From the NCBI RefSeq assembly GCF_001194135.2, contig NC_069001.1, positions 32,098,319 to 32,154,208 on the forward strand: a stretch of 55,890 nucleotides of DNA, in the 5' to 3' direction. Below, one piece after another: positions 1 to 13,565 of the stretch. Source of the stretch: Octopus bimaculoides (lineage: Eukaryota). The position numbers were made by a program, and so were the translations under genes. The notes beneath the pieces are model-generated. The model was not told where the DNA came from. It did no database searches and was given only the letters and a program-made list of their open reading frames with translations. Numbering within the stretch: position 1 is the first letter of the stretch; the number at the start of each line of letters is the position of its first letter.

Positions 1-80
1 ATATATACACATACTTATGTTACATATATATATACACACGTATGTATTTGTGTGTGTATGAGTATGTGTACATGTGTATG

Positions 81-117
<37 letters not shown>

Positions 118-1457
118 ATAAGCACGTGAGTGAATGTACGTATGTAGGCATGAACATCCAAGTGCATGTGAGTGTGCTCCCAAGTATGTGAGTGCATGTG
201 TGCAATCTGTTAGTGTGCAAGTGTGTTAATGCAATCACATTACCAAGTAGATGGAAGGAACTATGCATCAAAGAGCTTGTTGTCTCTTTTTGTTGTTTTG
301 TTTTTCCCGAGTAGTCGTATTACAAGGGGATCTATATTGTGGAAATTAAGTATTACTCCAGACAGTTTATCCTTATCTTCTCTATCATTATTATTATTAT
401 TATTTTTGTATTGCATGTGTACTTAGTGAAGTTAATGCCAAATCAAATACTTGATAACGGCAAGCTTTCCTTGAGAGTTTCACTTGATATTTTTTCAGAG
501 TTTCCATAGTAGACATGATTCATAAGCAGCTATTTCATAATATAATCTTAACAGAATTATCCCAACGATGGTATTATTGGATTTCTTTCTTTTGTTAATT
601 TTTTTTTTTTTTTTTTCATTTTACTAATTTTTTTTCTTTGTTTGTTTCCAGTAATCCAGTCCAGATTTTAATAAAGCATGCTGGGAAAATTTTTGTTACC
701 ATTCCATCACAGGGAACTTTAATCTGCTAACATTTTCATGCATAGTGAAATGATGAAAATGGTTTGGCAGCCTGTCTCCTTCAATTCTGTCATCAGTTTT
801 GCTTGCTAAAAGTGGCCCACTTGGCACCATGCTTTCATTGCATCTGCAAAACGGCTGCCCCCAACCAGGAGGTTTGATTGAACAAAGCTGTTATCAAAGC
901 AGTGCTCCTTTTATTTTTTTTATCTAATTGACAGTGTATCTAGGACTACATTATCCAATGTGTCCTTCGTTCTTTTTAATATGGCATGGTTTTAATTACT
1001 TGGGCGTTGGGTTCACAATCATCAAGTCATATGTATCATTTTCAGACTTAGTGAGATCATTCAGCTCATAATAAGTACCAATAATACCTAAAGGAGCAGA
1101 TTTTAACTCTGTGAATATTGACATCCTATTTAGAGGCAATCTTGTACTCCAAGTCATTTAGATATCATGGAAACCAAGATAAGCTTAGGTTTAATGAGCT
1201 CGTAAGTTCAAGACACACTTGTTTTGGAAAGTTACAGTTTGAGATTTGGCTGTTATTTCAAGCAGTTTGATTAACCAGATTGAGGCATCTCCTCACTGGC
1301 TCAATTCTTTCGTAAACACAGCTGTTAACACAATCCTAAATTTTTTTTTTCTACAGATCAATAACAACACGATTTTTACATGACTTCGTTAAATTTTATA
1401 AAGTTTTTAAATATTCAATACTCATTCAATTCTTTTGACAAAAGAATTTATAGTTAA

Positions 1458-1671
1458 CCCTTTAGTACTTAAGCTGGTCACATCTGGGCCAAATATTCTG
1501 TGTTTTATGTTCAAACTGGCCAAATCTGGCTTTTCACAGTTACTCAACAATGTCATCCTAAAAATAATCACATCATGGAAATTTCAAAGCTACAAAACTA
1601 TGCATGATTAATTCAAAACAATGTGAATAAAGAAGCATTAGATTTGATAGAATAATCTGAATGCTAAATGG
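1458..1671. mobile_element. TTAA MITE family 1 copy
   Basis: TTAA|CCCTTTAG...AATGCTAAATGG, colinear with 34798-35009. Confidence 0.85.
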
Positions 1672-2065
1672 TTACACTTATAACACTGCACTTGTCCTAT
1701 GACTATATAAAAATATATGCATGTGTGCGCATGCGTGCAAGCATGTTTAAGTGTATATGTATGTGTATGTGCCAATGTTTGGCTGATGATGTAAGCCTGA
1801 ATGAGCTAAATACCTTGGTGTGTTGGCCTTAAACTATTAGATAAGCTATTATTTATAGACCCAAACTGATAATTAGAATTGTCTAGCAGAAAAGAAAACA
1901 TTACATTTTTAGGTTCTGAAAAATGAAAATAAAACATCATATGATAAATTATTTCTAGAAATATTGAATAACCAATCTGGGGCTGCAATTAATTCCTGGA
2001 CCTAAACAGTCCCCTACAAATAGAAGTAAGGAATAAAAATAAAACAGATCCTAAATCCATTTAAA

Positions 2066-2112
<47 letters not shown>

Positions 2113-2410
2113 ACTTGTGCAGAAATATTACAAAGCATGCACATTTGAGATGTGGAATGTTTCTAAGGTAGAGAATCATTTATAATGAAAACAAATTATT
2201 TTTGTAATAGGAAGAAGGGTGTAAGATTAGATTGTTGTGTAAAGTGAACTTAGGAAATTGGGATCATTGTAAACTGTGTACATAAAGTGATAATCTATTT
2301 TACAGGTACAGACTTGAAACACATAGGTTACTCCCTGAGCGATAGGCAAATTAGTTCAAGTGGTAGTTGAGATATTAGAACATTTTTAACGAGGTCAAGT
2401 CTTAAGCAAG

Positions 2411-2691
2411 ATCAACTAGTTTTTATCATGTTCAACCAGTTTTTAGCAACATCAACAAGTGCTAAGAAAGATCAGTCAGCCTTTAGCTAGAATCAACCAG
2501 CATTTTGCAAGAAGAACCAGCCTTTCGCAAAATCAACCAGCCTTTCGCAAAATCAACCAGCCTTTAACCAGATCAACCAGCCTTTAACCAGATCAACCAG
2601 CCTTTCGCAAGATCAATCAGCCTTTAGCAAGATCAACAAGCTATTAGTAAAATCAACTTCTCTTTAGCAAAATCAACTAGTTTTTACAAAT
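2411..2691. repeat. 20-bp minisatellite, 14 units
   Basis: Consensus ATCAACCAGCCTTTAGCAAG; the central units are nearly identical. Confidence 0.92.
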
Positions 2692-2895
2692 GGCATCCTT
2701 CAGTATCTGAGATAATACAAGATGAGTTATACATTACATAATACTACAATATTTAAGACTAACTGTATGAACAAAAAAAGTAAATTAATTAAATAACAAA
2801 TGTACAGTCTGATGAAACATCCGTGAAGTTACAGCTTTCGTGGATGCAAAACCATTGGACACTCTATGATCAGACATTAACATTATTACCTTTTG

Positions 2896-2902
<7 letters not shown>

Positions 2903-2979
<77 letters not shown>
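2903..2979. repeat. (CA)n microsatellite, representative of dozens of (CA)n, (TG)n and (TA)n tracts
   Basis: Read directly. Others include 8703, 27281, 28175, 45352, 45849, 48091 and 54606. Confidence 0.98.
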
Positions 2980-2984
<5 letters not shown>

Positions 2985-3341
2985 AATCAACTCTGGAATC
3001 AACAGACTGGCATTGTATTTATCAACATAGAAAGGCTGAAAGGTAAATTTCACTTCAGTGATATTTCAACTCAGAGTGCTAATAGCTGAAATGAATACCA
3101 TAGGAAACCTAGCTCATGTTCTAAAGACCTGGTCAATTTGTTACCAATACATCATATGAGAAACAAGGCATGTTATGAAAACCTGCCTAGACCCATGTCT
3201 CCAAAGCAAGAAACTTAAACTTGTATCTTTACACTCTGTATATTAAATGATATTTATCTCTCATTGGATAGAGTTCTTTTTTTGTTGATCATTCCTTAAC
3301 AGAACAGTAAACTATGTATGTGTATGTATGCATGTGTATGA

Positions 3342-3372
<31 letters not shown>

Positions 3373-3624
3373 ATTTTGAATAGGCTGAAATCATTTGAGA
3401 CTATTAACCTCTAGTTTTTCTATCTGTACCAAATTTTCATTCCTTGATTTATCTTCTACGAATACATGTCTTGTGTAGGATTTGTCAGCCAGGTATTTAC
3501 TTGACATACATCAACTACTCCAGTTTTGCAGAGACAGGTGTGAAAGAAACACGGTGAGAACTCAGCAACAAAATGCAGAGCCAAATGGAAACGGAAAGAA
3601 AACATACCTAATCTTTACATATTT

Positions 3625-3960
3625 TATCTTTCACTTGCTCCAGTCATTGGACAGCAGCCATACTGGGGCACTACCTTGAAGGGTTTTTAGTCAAACAAAT
3701 CAATCCCTGTACTTATTCTTTAAGCGTCTGGTATTTATTTTTTTTAAAGTCTGGTACTTATTCCATCAGTCACTTTTGCCAAACTGCTAAATTATAGGAA
3801 CATAAACAAACATACACCAGTTGTCAAACGTTGGGAAGAGCTTACACAGATACACACATGATGGTCTTCCACACAGTTTTCATCTACCAAACTCACTCAA
3901 CAAGGCATTAGTCAGCCTGGGACTAAAGAAGAAGATACTTGTGAAACTAGACTGAAATTG
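3625..3960 (-). mobile_element. SINE family A, diverged
   Basis: cacttgctccagtcattggac..ttttgccaaactgctaa..cagttttcatctaccaaac..gaagatacttg. Confidence 0.75.
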
Positions 3961-4026
3961 AAAGCACATCATTGTAAAGTGAGCTTTTTAATCAAGCAGT
4001 CATTCCTTTGCATATACATACAAACA

Positions 4027-4074
<48 letters not shown>

Positions 4075-5227
4075 TCACACACACAAATATTCATATATTA
4101 CATATAATCACTATATATTAGGTATTTCCTTGATACAGTTTTAAAATGAATTGTTCCACCATTTAAGCCATCTGTTTATTGTAATGTGGTGTTTCCTAAC
4201 GATATCTGATATCCAATATCCCATATGTGATTTATCACATACAGGACATAATCATAAAAATGTGCATCAAATTACTTTGGGATTTAGGAGGGCAGGAAAG
4301 AGAAGAAAAGGCATGGATGATCCTGTCACCAGATTGAAGATGAAAGATCTGAAGTAGTGGTCACAGCATGGCCAGTTACTGGACAACAACAGCAACAACA
4401 ACAACAACAAAAAATACACACACACACAATTGGGAGATGAACAATCCAAAAGAACAAATACATTAAATGAAATAAAAAGAATTGTTATAAACAAAACAAT
4501 ACAAATTCCATTGTTATGAACCCTTTGCCTGTTTTGTGCATCACATATAATAAACAGGACATATTTCCATGGCATCTATGCATCAAAGAGGATACACATT
4601 CTTAATTTCTTTTTTTTTTTCAATGACTGGATTTAAGTTGGGATTTGTGAAAGGAAAGCCTTATATTGCTCAGCATGTATGAAAGAAGGGCAAACTAAAA
4701 GTCTGAAAACAAATTTGGACATTNNNNNNNNNNNNNNNNNNNNNNNNNNNNNNNNNNNNNNNNNNNNNNNNNNNNNNNNNNNNNNNNNNNNNNNNNNNNN
4801 NNNNNNNNNNNNNNNNNNNNNNNNNNNNNNNNNNNNNNNNNNNNNNNNNNNNNNNNNNNNNNNNNNNNNNNNNNNNNNNNNNNNNNNNNNNNNNNNNNNN
4901 NNNNNNNNNNNNNNNNNNNNNNNNNNNNNNNNNNNNNNNNNNNNNNNNNNNNNNNNNNNNNNNNNNNNNNNNNNNNNNNNNNNNNNNNNNNNNNNNNNNN
5001 NNNNNNNNNNNNNNNNNNNNNNNNNNNNNNNNNNNNNNNNNNNNNNNNNNNNNNNNNNNNNNNNNNNNNNNNNNNNNNNNNNNNNNNNNNNNNNNNNNNN
5101 NNNNNNNNNNNNNNNNNNNNNNNNNNNNNNNNNNNNNNNNNNNNNNNNNNNNNNNNNNNNNNNNNNNNNNNNNNNNNNNNNNNNNNNNNNNNNNNNNNNN
5201 NNNNNNNNNNNNNNNNNNNNNNNNNNN

Positions 5228-5263
<36 letters not shown>

Positions 5264-5321
5264 GGTCAGTAGTTCATAAATCTGTATAGAAGCACATTCT
5301 AAAACTCAAGAGCAGTAATAC

Positions 5322-5437
5322 TTAAAAGGTTGCTGGTTATAGCCGGCAGTCAGAGAATGACCATTGGTTTTGCACTTATAAGGTTCTTGCAAAACCAATG
5401 CTCACTCTCTGACTGGCCATAACAAACAACCTTTTAA
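5322..5437. mobile_element. Short fold-back element with TTAA ends
   Basis: TTAAAAGGTTG..CAGTCAGAGA..CATTGGTTTTGCA, a 13-nt loop, then TGCAAAACCAATG..TCTCTGACTG..CAACCTTTTAA. Confidence 0.75.
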
Positions 5438-5477
5438 GGTGTGTGTGCATGTGTGTATATATATGAAAAACATGATA

Positions 5478-5763
5478 AACACAACATGCAGTTTATGCTA
5501 TTTGTTCCCTGTGCATGCTTTGCCATGGTGACTATTGGAACCCTCTGTAGTGGATATCCATATCGTATTTCGATGCAGATCTACAACAGTTCTTCAGGGA
5601 GTTCTGTTTCCACATAATGTAATGCAGTGCTCCTCTGAAGAACTGTTATGGATCTGCATTCATAAGCAGTATGACCACCCACTGTAGAGGATGCAAAAGG
5701 GCACAATGACAAAATATGCACAGAGAACATATGGTATAAATGTTATAAACTGCATGTTGTGTT
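5478..5763. mobile_element. Diverged fold-back element
   Basis: About 125-bp imperfect inverted arms (AACACAACATGCAGTTTAT..ATGCAGATC..AACAGTTCTTCAG) around a spacer of about 28 nt. Confidence 0.7.
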
Positions 5764-7049
5764 CGTCATATTTCCTCCTATATTTTCTCTGAATATCCAA
5801 CCCAATAATGCTGCTAGGTACAGTAATAATTATGTCACTCTACTGAAAGAAAACTGGATGATGATACTCTACATGGAGGTCTAAAATCACCAGTAGGGGT
5901 CATATGTCTAACTGCACACATAGGAACCCCTATGTATATTTATATGTGCATGGCTGAGTGCTTAAGCAGTTTTCACTTCACAGCCAAATGACTTCAAGTT
6001 TCATTGCACTGCATGGCTTAACTAATACCATGTAAGTGAAATTTGGTAGTCAGAAATTGTACAGAGATAGTCTCTCATATTTTATACATAAACACACACA
6101 CATATATATACATATATACATATGTATATGGTATGTATTCACATGGGTAGCAGTGACACAGTTTGAACCCCACATAAACAAAGATTCAGTAGCTTGGCAG
6201 TTTGATGTGAGTAGACATACAACTTCCTTATATACAGATTTCAACCCCGTCCAGTGACACATTCAGTATGCTCAAACGCTAATTATAAACCACATTTATA
6301 ATTTGCCTTCATTGATTATCGAACGCAGAAACATGTGTAACAGATGAAATAAAGGAATACCAAATTTGTGTTTTACTCGCATTTTCTATCTATCTACACA
6401 CACATGAAGCTCTACTCCGCATACTTCTCATATGTTTATATTGAGCATGACATACAAAAACACATATACACACACTATGTAGATATAATCAATAAAACGT
6501 TATATATATATTAACAAATAAGCAGATGAAAGTAATTTTCAAGTGTTTTAAATTACGAAGAGGCTTAAAGTGAGATATTTCATCAAGACATCATCTCTTG
6601 GAAGTAAAGCAAAAATCATCAGCAACGAAGGAGAAACAGCAGCAAACATCAAAAATGGAGCAGCCAATTTCTGTAACCCTAATTAAGGTCAGACTCTTAA
6701 TACATTTAATCTAAAGCAAGTTACAAAAGTTTAATAAGAACTGAAACACAAACGGGAGAAGAGAAGCACATTAAAATAAATAAGTGAAGTTTAAAGTAAA
6801 CTATCCTTCTTGCAGATGACATTATAACATAATTCCAAGAGAACAAATCATTATATATTTGGGCCATAAGTATTGGATGCATTGAAGCTACTAGGATGTT
6901 ATTATGTGCTGCTGCAAAGACCAACAGAGATCATTGCACATCCTTAATGCAGGAGGTCAACAAACAGAACAGTCATTTCTCTTGGTTGTATACTAATCTG
7001 CTAATTATCCCAATATTCCAAGAACTGTGGTACATCAGACAGGAGCTGT

Positions 7050-7290
7050 GAATAACAGGACTAGTTAAAAAAACATATTCTGTTCCATTAGTGAATAACA
7101 GAATAACTAATTTTAAGGAATATTGTATTCTATTAGAGAATAACGGAACTAGTTTAAAGCTATATTTTATTTTGCTAGCAAATAACAGAACAACTAGTTA
7201 AAAAAGATACAGGACTAGTTTGAAGATAGGGTTTATTCTGCTAGCAAATAACATACCTAGTTTAAAGGGATATTTTATTCCGTTAGTCAA
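7050..7290. repeat. Degenerate tandem repeat of about 42 bp, about 6 units
   Basis: Recurrent AATAACAG..ACTAGTT(T/A)AA..TATT..ATT..G(T/C)TAG. Confidence 0.75.
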
Positions 7291-8700
7291 CAATAAAAGA
7301 ACAAGAAACACAACAAACATTAGTAAATAACCATGATTATGTTCTCGCATTTTTTAATTTGTAGATGAAGAAACAAAACAATAGAACTAATGAATTTCAT
7401 GTCAACCAAAGCCTGTTTTTAGGGGTTTCACATCTAACATTTTTATGATGTGCCAGTTTGGAAATAACATTTATTTATTTTAAACAAGGGTCAAAAAGTT
7501 GTTTTTGTTACTGTTCAATCAGACACAAAAGGGCAGCACCTAATACCCCTTTATCTTTTTCAGGGCTTCTCAGATTGATAAGTGGAAGGATATTATCTTC
7601 AAATCATTAATCTGGCCTAAATGTTTGCCAACAGATTGAACTCCATTAAAAGTACCCAAGGACCAGGTGGTAGTGTTAATCTGGGTAATGGATGAAGTTT
7701 ACCACACAACAGTTCAGAATGAGAATGCAATGAGCTGGAACAAATACTGGAATAAAACTACTTCATCCAACACATTACTACTGTCACTAATCCAATGACC
7801 CCTCCCCCCAACTGGTTCTTTATTTAATCAAACCAGAAAGGATTGAACACAAAGTTAACCTTGATGGGATTCACGACAAGTTGGGGTGAATGTTTGTTTG
7901 TACAACCTTGTGTTCTTCATATCGAATTGTAATTTAGGGGGTTAAGATTGGGACCTATTTTCAACCATGTTGTATTGCAAATAGAATTACATGACTTTCC
8001 TCAGAGCGTAATGACTTTACCATGGTTTGAAACCATGACCTGAGCAGATCTGAAATTCTGAGACTTTACTCTGATCCCTTGACTACATACAACTACCATG
8101 TAGGATAGGCTTTTGGGTGGTTTCTTCATAAATATCCAAAAATAAATGAATAAAATAAAACAGAAATGAACAAAAATGAAAACTCTATTGTAATAGCAAT
8201 GAGATAACAACATCGACAACAAGAAGACAATATACATGCAAGGAGCAGGAAAAAAAAATTTTTAATTCACAAAATAGCCGAAAAAAAATGTGCAGTGTAA
8301 TTTGTAGTGGAGTCTAGGGTTGGTGGGGAGAGAAAAAAAAAACAAACAAAAGGAGATTAACAAACGGGGGCAGGGGCTAGAAATAATATAGTAACATAGT
8401 TTTTACAAAGCAAAATGATAAAAAACATTCCAACTAAAGAAACCTGGCAACAAAGGGTATTGAAACACAACACTGGGGTGAGGGTGACTTACCCTTCAAC
8501 TTCAGTTGGTTAAGGGTCATATCCCACAAGAAATTCTTTGTACCTGAAGGACCCAAACAGTTAGTGTTTTAAACAGATGGGCAGAGTTTGGTGGAAGAAG
8601 AAAAAAATTTATATATTGGTATAAAAAAAAGAGAGAGAGAGAGAAAGAAAAGAGAAGAGAACATGGACAAATCTGAAGTTTACCCAAAACTATGTCTATA

Positions 8701-8750
<50 letters not shown>

Positions 8751-9284
8751 CCAGCCAGGTCTATGTATGAAGGTGTGCAAAACAGATTTTCATCTAAATG
8801 ACACTGCATGCATGTGTGTGTATGTGTGTGTGAGAGAGAGAGATAGAGAGAGATTGTGTGTGTGTGTGTGTGTGTGTGTTTATGTTTGCACAAGGGCATA
8901 GAAATATTCAGGTTTGTGTCTGGGTTCATAGCAAAATTACCTAAGAGAAAAGTCCTATAGCCCTACAGACTTGTGGGTAGCTGTTTATCAGGAAAAGTCT
9001 ATAGCTTGAAACTAATTCAACCAGTGACTGAAGTAGTTTCCGGTAGTCCCCTCGTGCTAGTTTATAACTGGACACTCAACTGCTGTGAAAGCATGTATCA
9101 TGATGATCTGACATGCAGATGTCTCTTGCGACACAGCCATCATCTGACAAAATGTACCAATCAGCATCTATACAAGAACTCTACTGAAACTAATATGAAA
9201 GTAGGCATAACATCTCTATAAACTGATATAAGTTGTTCAAATTGCACATGTTGATAGAGAGATCTCCTCCCTGCATATAACGGG

Positions 9285-10555
9285 TTCCAAGCAGAAGCAA
9301 TTTGCAATCACTGAGATCTTGATGAAGGAGGGGCACAGGCTGTCATCAGACATTTACAGAAAGCTACAAGTTGGTAAGAGATGACACCATTGATAAGAGT
9401 CATGTGAGAAGATGGGTGAAGCTTAAAAACAGGGAAATCAGCATTTGAAGACAAACTATGCAACGGGAGGTCATCAGCTGTGACTACTGACATGAATCAC
9501 CAGTGAATGGATGACGTGATTCGTGCAGACAGACAAGTCACTGTCCATGAGCTTGCTGTACAACTGGACTGTAGCCAATACATTATAGATGGTGGAAGAC
9601 TCTAGGTATCAGAATGTGTGTGCCAAGTGGGGTACCTCAGCAGATGACATCGGGTTTGAAGAAGAGAAGGATGGAAAACTGCTCTGATCAGATTTCCAGG
9701 GAAGATGGGGTTTATTTTCCCAAATGAAGACGAGGTTTATTTTCCTCAAATGGGTGACAGGAAATGAAATGTGGCTGTATCTTTATGATCTGGAAATGAA
9801 GTCTTAGCAGATGGAAACCAGCATCTGAAGACAAACTGTGCAGAGGGAGATCATCAGCTGCAACTAATGACATGAATCGCCAGCAAGTGCACAAAGTGAT
9901 TCATGCAGACAGACAAGACACTATCCATGAGCTAGCTGCACAGGTGGACTGCAGTCAATGTATTACAGAAGATGGCAGAAGACTAGGTATTGGAAAGTGT
10001 GTGCTAAGATGGGCTCCTAGTAAGGGTGGAAATATGCTCTGATTAGCTGCAAGTATTTGAACCCGATAAAGACCAGATTTAGTTTCCTCAATCTGGTGAC
10101 AGAAGACAAAATGTGGCCGCATCACACCCATATCTAAGGCCTAAAATGTTCAAGAGCTAGTGATCATCATGGAAAGTCATGCTGTTTTGGGGGCTGACAA
10201 GGGAGTCATTGTCTGTTTTTGGAACATGGTTACACAATGAACAAGTTGTACATTGAGACACTCAAAAAGCATAGAGAAGACAGAGGAAGAGACCAAACAG
10301 GAATCTGAAAAATCCAGCAAATTGGGCTGATAAAGATTCAGCAAATTGGGCTGATAAATAGTCTCCCATCCACCATAAAGACTAGACCTGGTGTCTTCCA
10401 ACATTCACCTGTTCAGACTAATGAAAGACAGTCCTTGGAGGACAATGATCTGATGACAAAGACAAGATAGAAGTAGCTGTGAAACAGATACAACAATGCA
10501 CATGTAAATTGATAGCACAAATGCATCACTTTTGACAGAGACTATGTTGTGAAGG
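9285..10555 (+). mobile_element. Degenerate mariner transposase relic with a duplicated HTH-to-first-D segment
   Basis: Frameshifted fragments: DKSHVRRWVK, EDK..GRSSA, ADRQVTVHELA, VCAKW, VTG(N/D)E-W, PHPP..DL..S..HLF, DYVVK. Confidence 0.85.
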
Positions 10556-10730
10556 ACCTTTGTATAGAAGAAGGCTTCTCTATCAACATGTACAATTTGA
10601 ATAACCTATGCCAGTTAATAAAAAAATTTAGTCCTCCTTTGCATTTACCATCAGTATAAGCTTCATTTAGACACACACACACTCAGGGTGGGTCCTAAAT
10701 ATCATCAAAGGACAGAAAATTCAGTAAATA

Positions 10731-11166
10731 TTGGGTTGAGGAATAATTCATGAGCGTTTTTTACAAATTTAAAAATGTACGTAGAAATAAAACACATTGG
10801 CAAAACGTTTTAAAGTTATTTAAAAATGAATTTTTGGCTCTACAAGATAGTATGTTTTGATTTTTCATTTTATTGATTTTGTGTGTATTTTCAGATCATT
10901 AACATGGAATGTCAAGTGGACAAAACCGGCCTTGACACATTTCCTCTGTCCTTATGTTTACATAAGGACACAGGAAATGTGTCAAGGCCGACAGGAAGCG
11001 GTGCAGCGTCCTAAGTCTAACCAACAGTAATATTGTTCCCTTCAGGAGACTGTCACATTAAGTTGACAGCATACAGCTACTTCATTAAAACATTCTGTCA
11101 ATGTTTTATTTCTGAGTGTATTTTTAAATTTGCAAAAAAGCATTCATGAATTATTCCTCAACCCAA
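10731..11166. mobile_element. Mariner-type non-autonomous element (MITE)
   Basis: About 80-bp TIRs TTGGGTTGAGGAATAATTCATGA.. / ..TCATGAATTATTCCTCAACCCAA flanked by TA. An internal ATGGAATGTCAAGTGGACAAA resembles a transposase start. Confidence 0.85.
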
Positions 11167-11760
11167 TATATTTTCTAATTTTGCTTGTCACACAAACAAA
11201 TTTGACCCTTTTAAAGTAATAGTTGAGGTCTGTAAATACTATGAATTGATAAACATTTATAAAACATGTTATACACCATACACATTTTGGGTGTACAAGC
11301 AAGAGAACAGGTATTCAATAACCATCATTATTTTTCCACCTGAAGGATCGTACATAGCGAGAAACAGAGTAATGATGGAATGAATCATCAGCTTCAAACA
11401 TACACATATACATACAGACACACACAAATTCTTAAGGCGTGTGATATTGTCCACGACAAGAAATCAAATGAGATAACTCCTGCTGACCAATCAATCTGAG
11501 ATTTTAAATGCCTTGGTTGCAACAACTGTCCCATAAAGTGTGGATTGTTTGGGGCCAGGAAAGAAGGCAGATACAGGATACTTTCGGAAATTTCAGAGAT
11601 AGACCACTATGGCTTAGAGCAGTGTATGGAGATAATTACTTAGATTGACTTTTCAAACCAATTATTAACAGTAGGTCATTGTTCTGATTCTCACTGTCCT
11701 CCAGGCACACATTCTATTATCGGCTTGGAACACATCAACAAAGAATTTGTGTACTGAATT

Positions 11761-11920
11761 CTATAAACAAAAGCTACCATTCTTGTTTAGATTTATTTGA
11801 TCTGGAGTATCTTTGACTGAAGAGACACAACCAGGTTGAAACACTGGTATCTCAAAGTCTCCTTGTATTAATGATGTTGAGTGTGTTGTCAATACAGACT
11901 GCCTGAAAGGAGAAGATGTT
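11761..11920 (-). CDS. Candidate terminal exon (unassigned, possibly the ZDHHC tail)
   Basis: Good acceptor gttgtatttcatctttacag, then the phase-2 frame TSSPFRQSVLTTHSTSLIQGDFEIPVFQPGCVSSVKDTPDQINLNKNGSFCL*, in apparently non-repetitive sequence. No homology was recognised and no linking exon was found. Confidence 0.2.
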
Positions 11921-13055
11921 CTGTAAAGATGAAATACAACAGGAATTAACATATTCACATTCAAATCTGCTAGAATATATTACGAATGAATGTGTCATTG
12001 TATGTACCATGCATGCTTAGAGAAGCTATCAGTCTTTTCGATGCATCAGTGTGTCACAAGGATCTCTCTAGTTGATGTTGGAGTGTTTCTCGAGTATGAT
12101 AAAGCACTGCATTTAACAAACCTGTGGATCCTATTGTATTTTTTGGATGTGGCTTATAATTTGAGAATGCATGTGTGCATTAGTGTGTGTTTTGCATATT
12201 TAATCAACTTTTATTATACATAATTATCAATCAATTGAATTGAAAATGCATGTGGAAGTGTGGGATGAGTTTATATACATATAGCAAAAAAAAAAAAACT
12301 TAGATTACTCAACAAAGTAAATAAATTTAATACAAAAATTCTCACAGATTTAGCAAATTGTAAATAATGTACATACATTGGAATGTTGATTTATCAATAT
12401 ATAAATAAACAAACAAATAAGTAAATACAGAAAACAAATAAACAGGAAACATGAAAATTAGTAAAACAATTGACTTTTTTTTTTTATTCGAATTCACAAT
12501 CAATAAAAGCAAATGTAAATGATAAACATGAATATNNNNNNNNNNGTGTGTGTGTATGTATAAATAAATTTATACATATAGTTAAAAAATATAAAAATAC
12601 ATATATGTGTATGTATTTGAGCATAATTATATATAATTTTAATAAATAGCAAAATGATACATATGTATATATGAATGAGTATGCTTATATATATATATAT
12701 TTAAAGAAAGGTTTTCTTCAAATGACAGAATGACATGAATCTTTTGTAAAGTTTTGTTTGAAGTTTTTTTTCTGTTATATAATTAACGTTTATTTTAAGG
12801 AAATCTTTCTTCAAATGTTGCGACTGTATCAAGAATTTTTTGCAAAATCTTTTTGTAAATATATATATACATATATATACATATATATACATATATATAT
12901 ATGTATGTATGTATGTATGTATGCATATGTAAAGAGCGAGTGAGAGAGGAAGCTTTATTGTCGCAATAAAATAAAATAAACAAGCTGGGTGTTACATGTT
13001 ATCTCGTTATTTTCATAGCATATTTTTCTTCAAATCAAATAGAAAGCTATCAGCA

Positions 13056-13090
<35 letters not shown>

Positions 13091-13371
13091 TATATAAAAC
13101 ACTGCCAAAATAACATTGGAAACATCAGGATTCCACTTTAGAAGCAGGAAACACTTCAGCCATGATCAGAGTTAATAACCCTCAACTAAAATAGCAAAAG
13201 GCACATCCTGTAATACTGTTCATATCTACAGTGCTAATGCTTTTGCTTGACAAACAAAGAAACAGATGCACCCCCACTAAACCAAATCCAAAAGAAAATC
13301 GTTTGATAAACTGACAAAGGTTCAAACCCCAGCATGCTCTCTCTCTCTCTCTCTCATGGGCACCATGGATT

Positions 13372-13558
13372 AAAGGGTAAAGACCCCTTTCAGTCATGAA
13401 TGACCATGGTATTGCACCCAGAAGTTCTTCCCCAGGCCACAAGGTCAGGCAAGATTGTTTATGGAAGACCAGCAGTCATCCATGCATACCAGCTTCCCCC
13501 CCCCCTCCACACCGTAGATGTTATCCAAGGGAATGGCAAAGGCTGATACAGCTTGGCA
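13372..13558 (-). mobile_element. Interspersed repeat (probably the family C 3' part)
   Basis: caggcaagatt..accagcagt..atgca(t/c)ccag..caaggga is shared with a diverged copy at about 28500-28650. The link to family C and the strand are from recall. Confidence 0.55.
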
Positions 13559-13565
13559 TGTTTAA

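Noticed and set aside
7586-7593. Extra ATATCCTT matches (7586-7593 minus, 44427-44434 plus, 49213-49220 minus)
   Set aside because: None adjoins a coding exon or has a matching branch site and acceptor. A few such 8-mers are expected by chance in 56 kb of AT-rich DNA.
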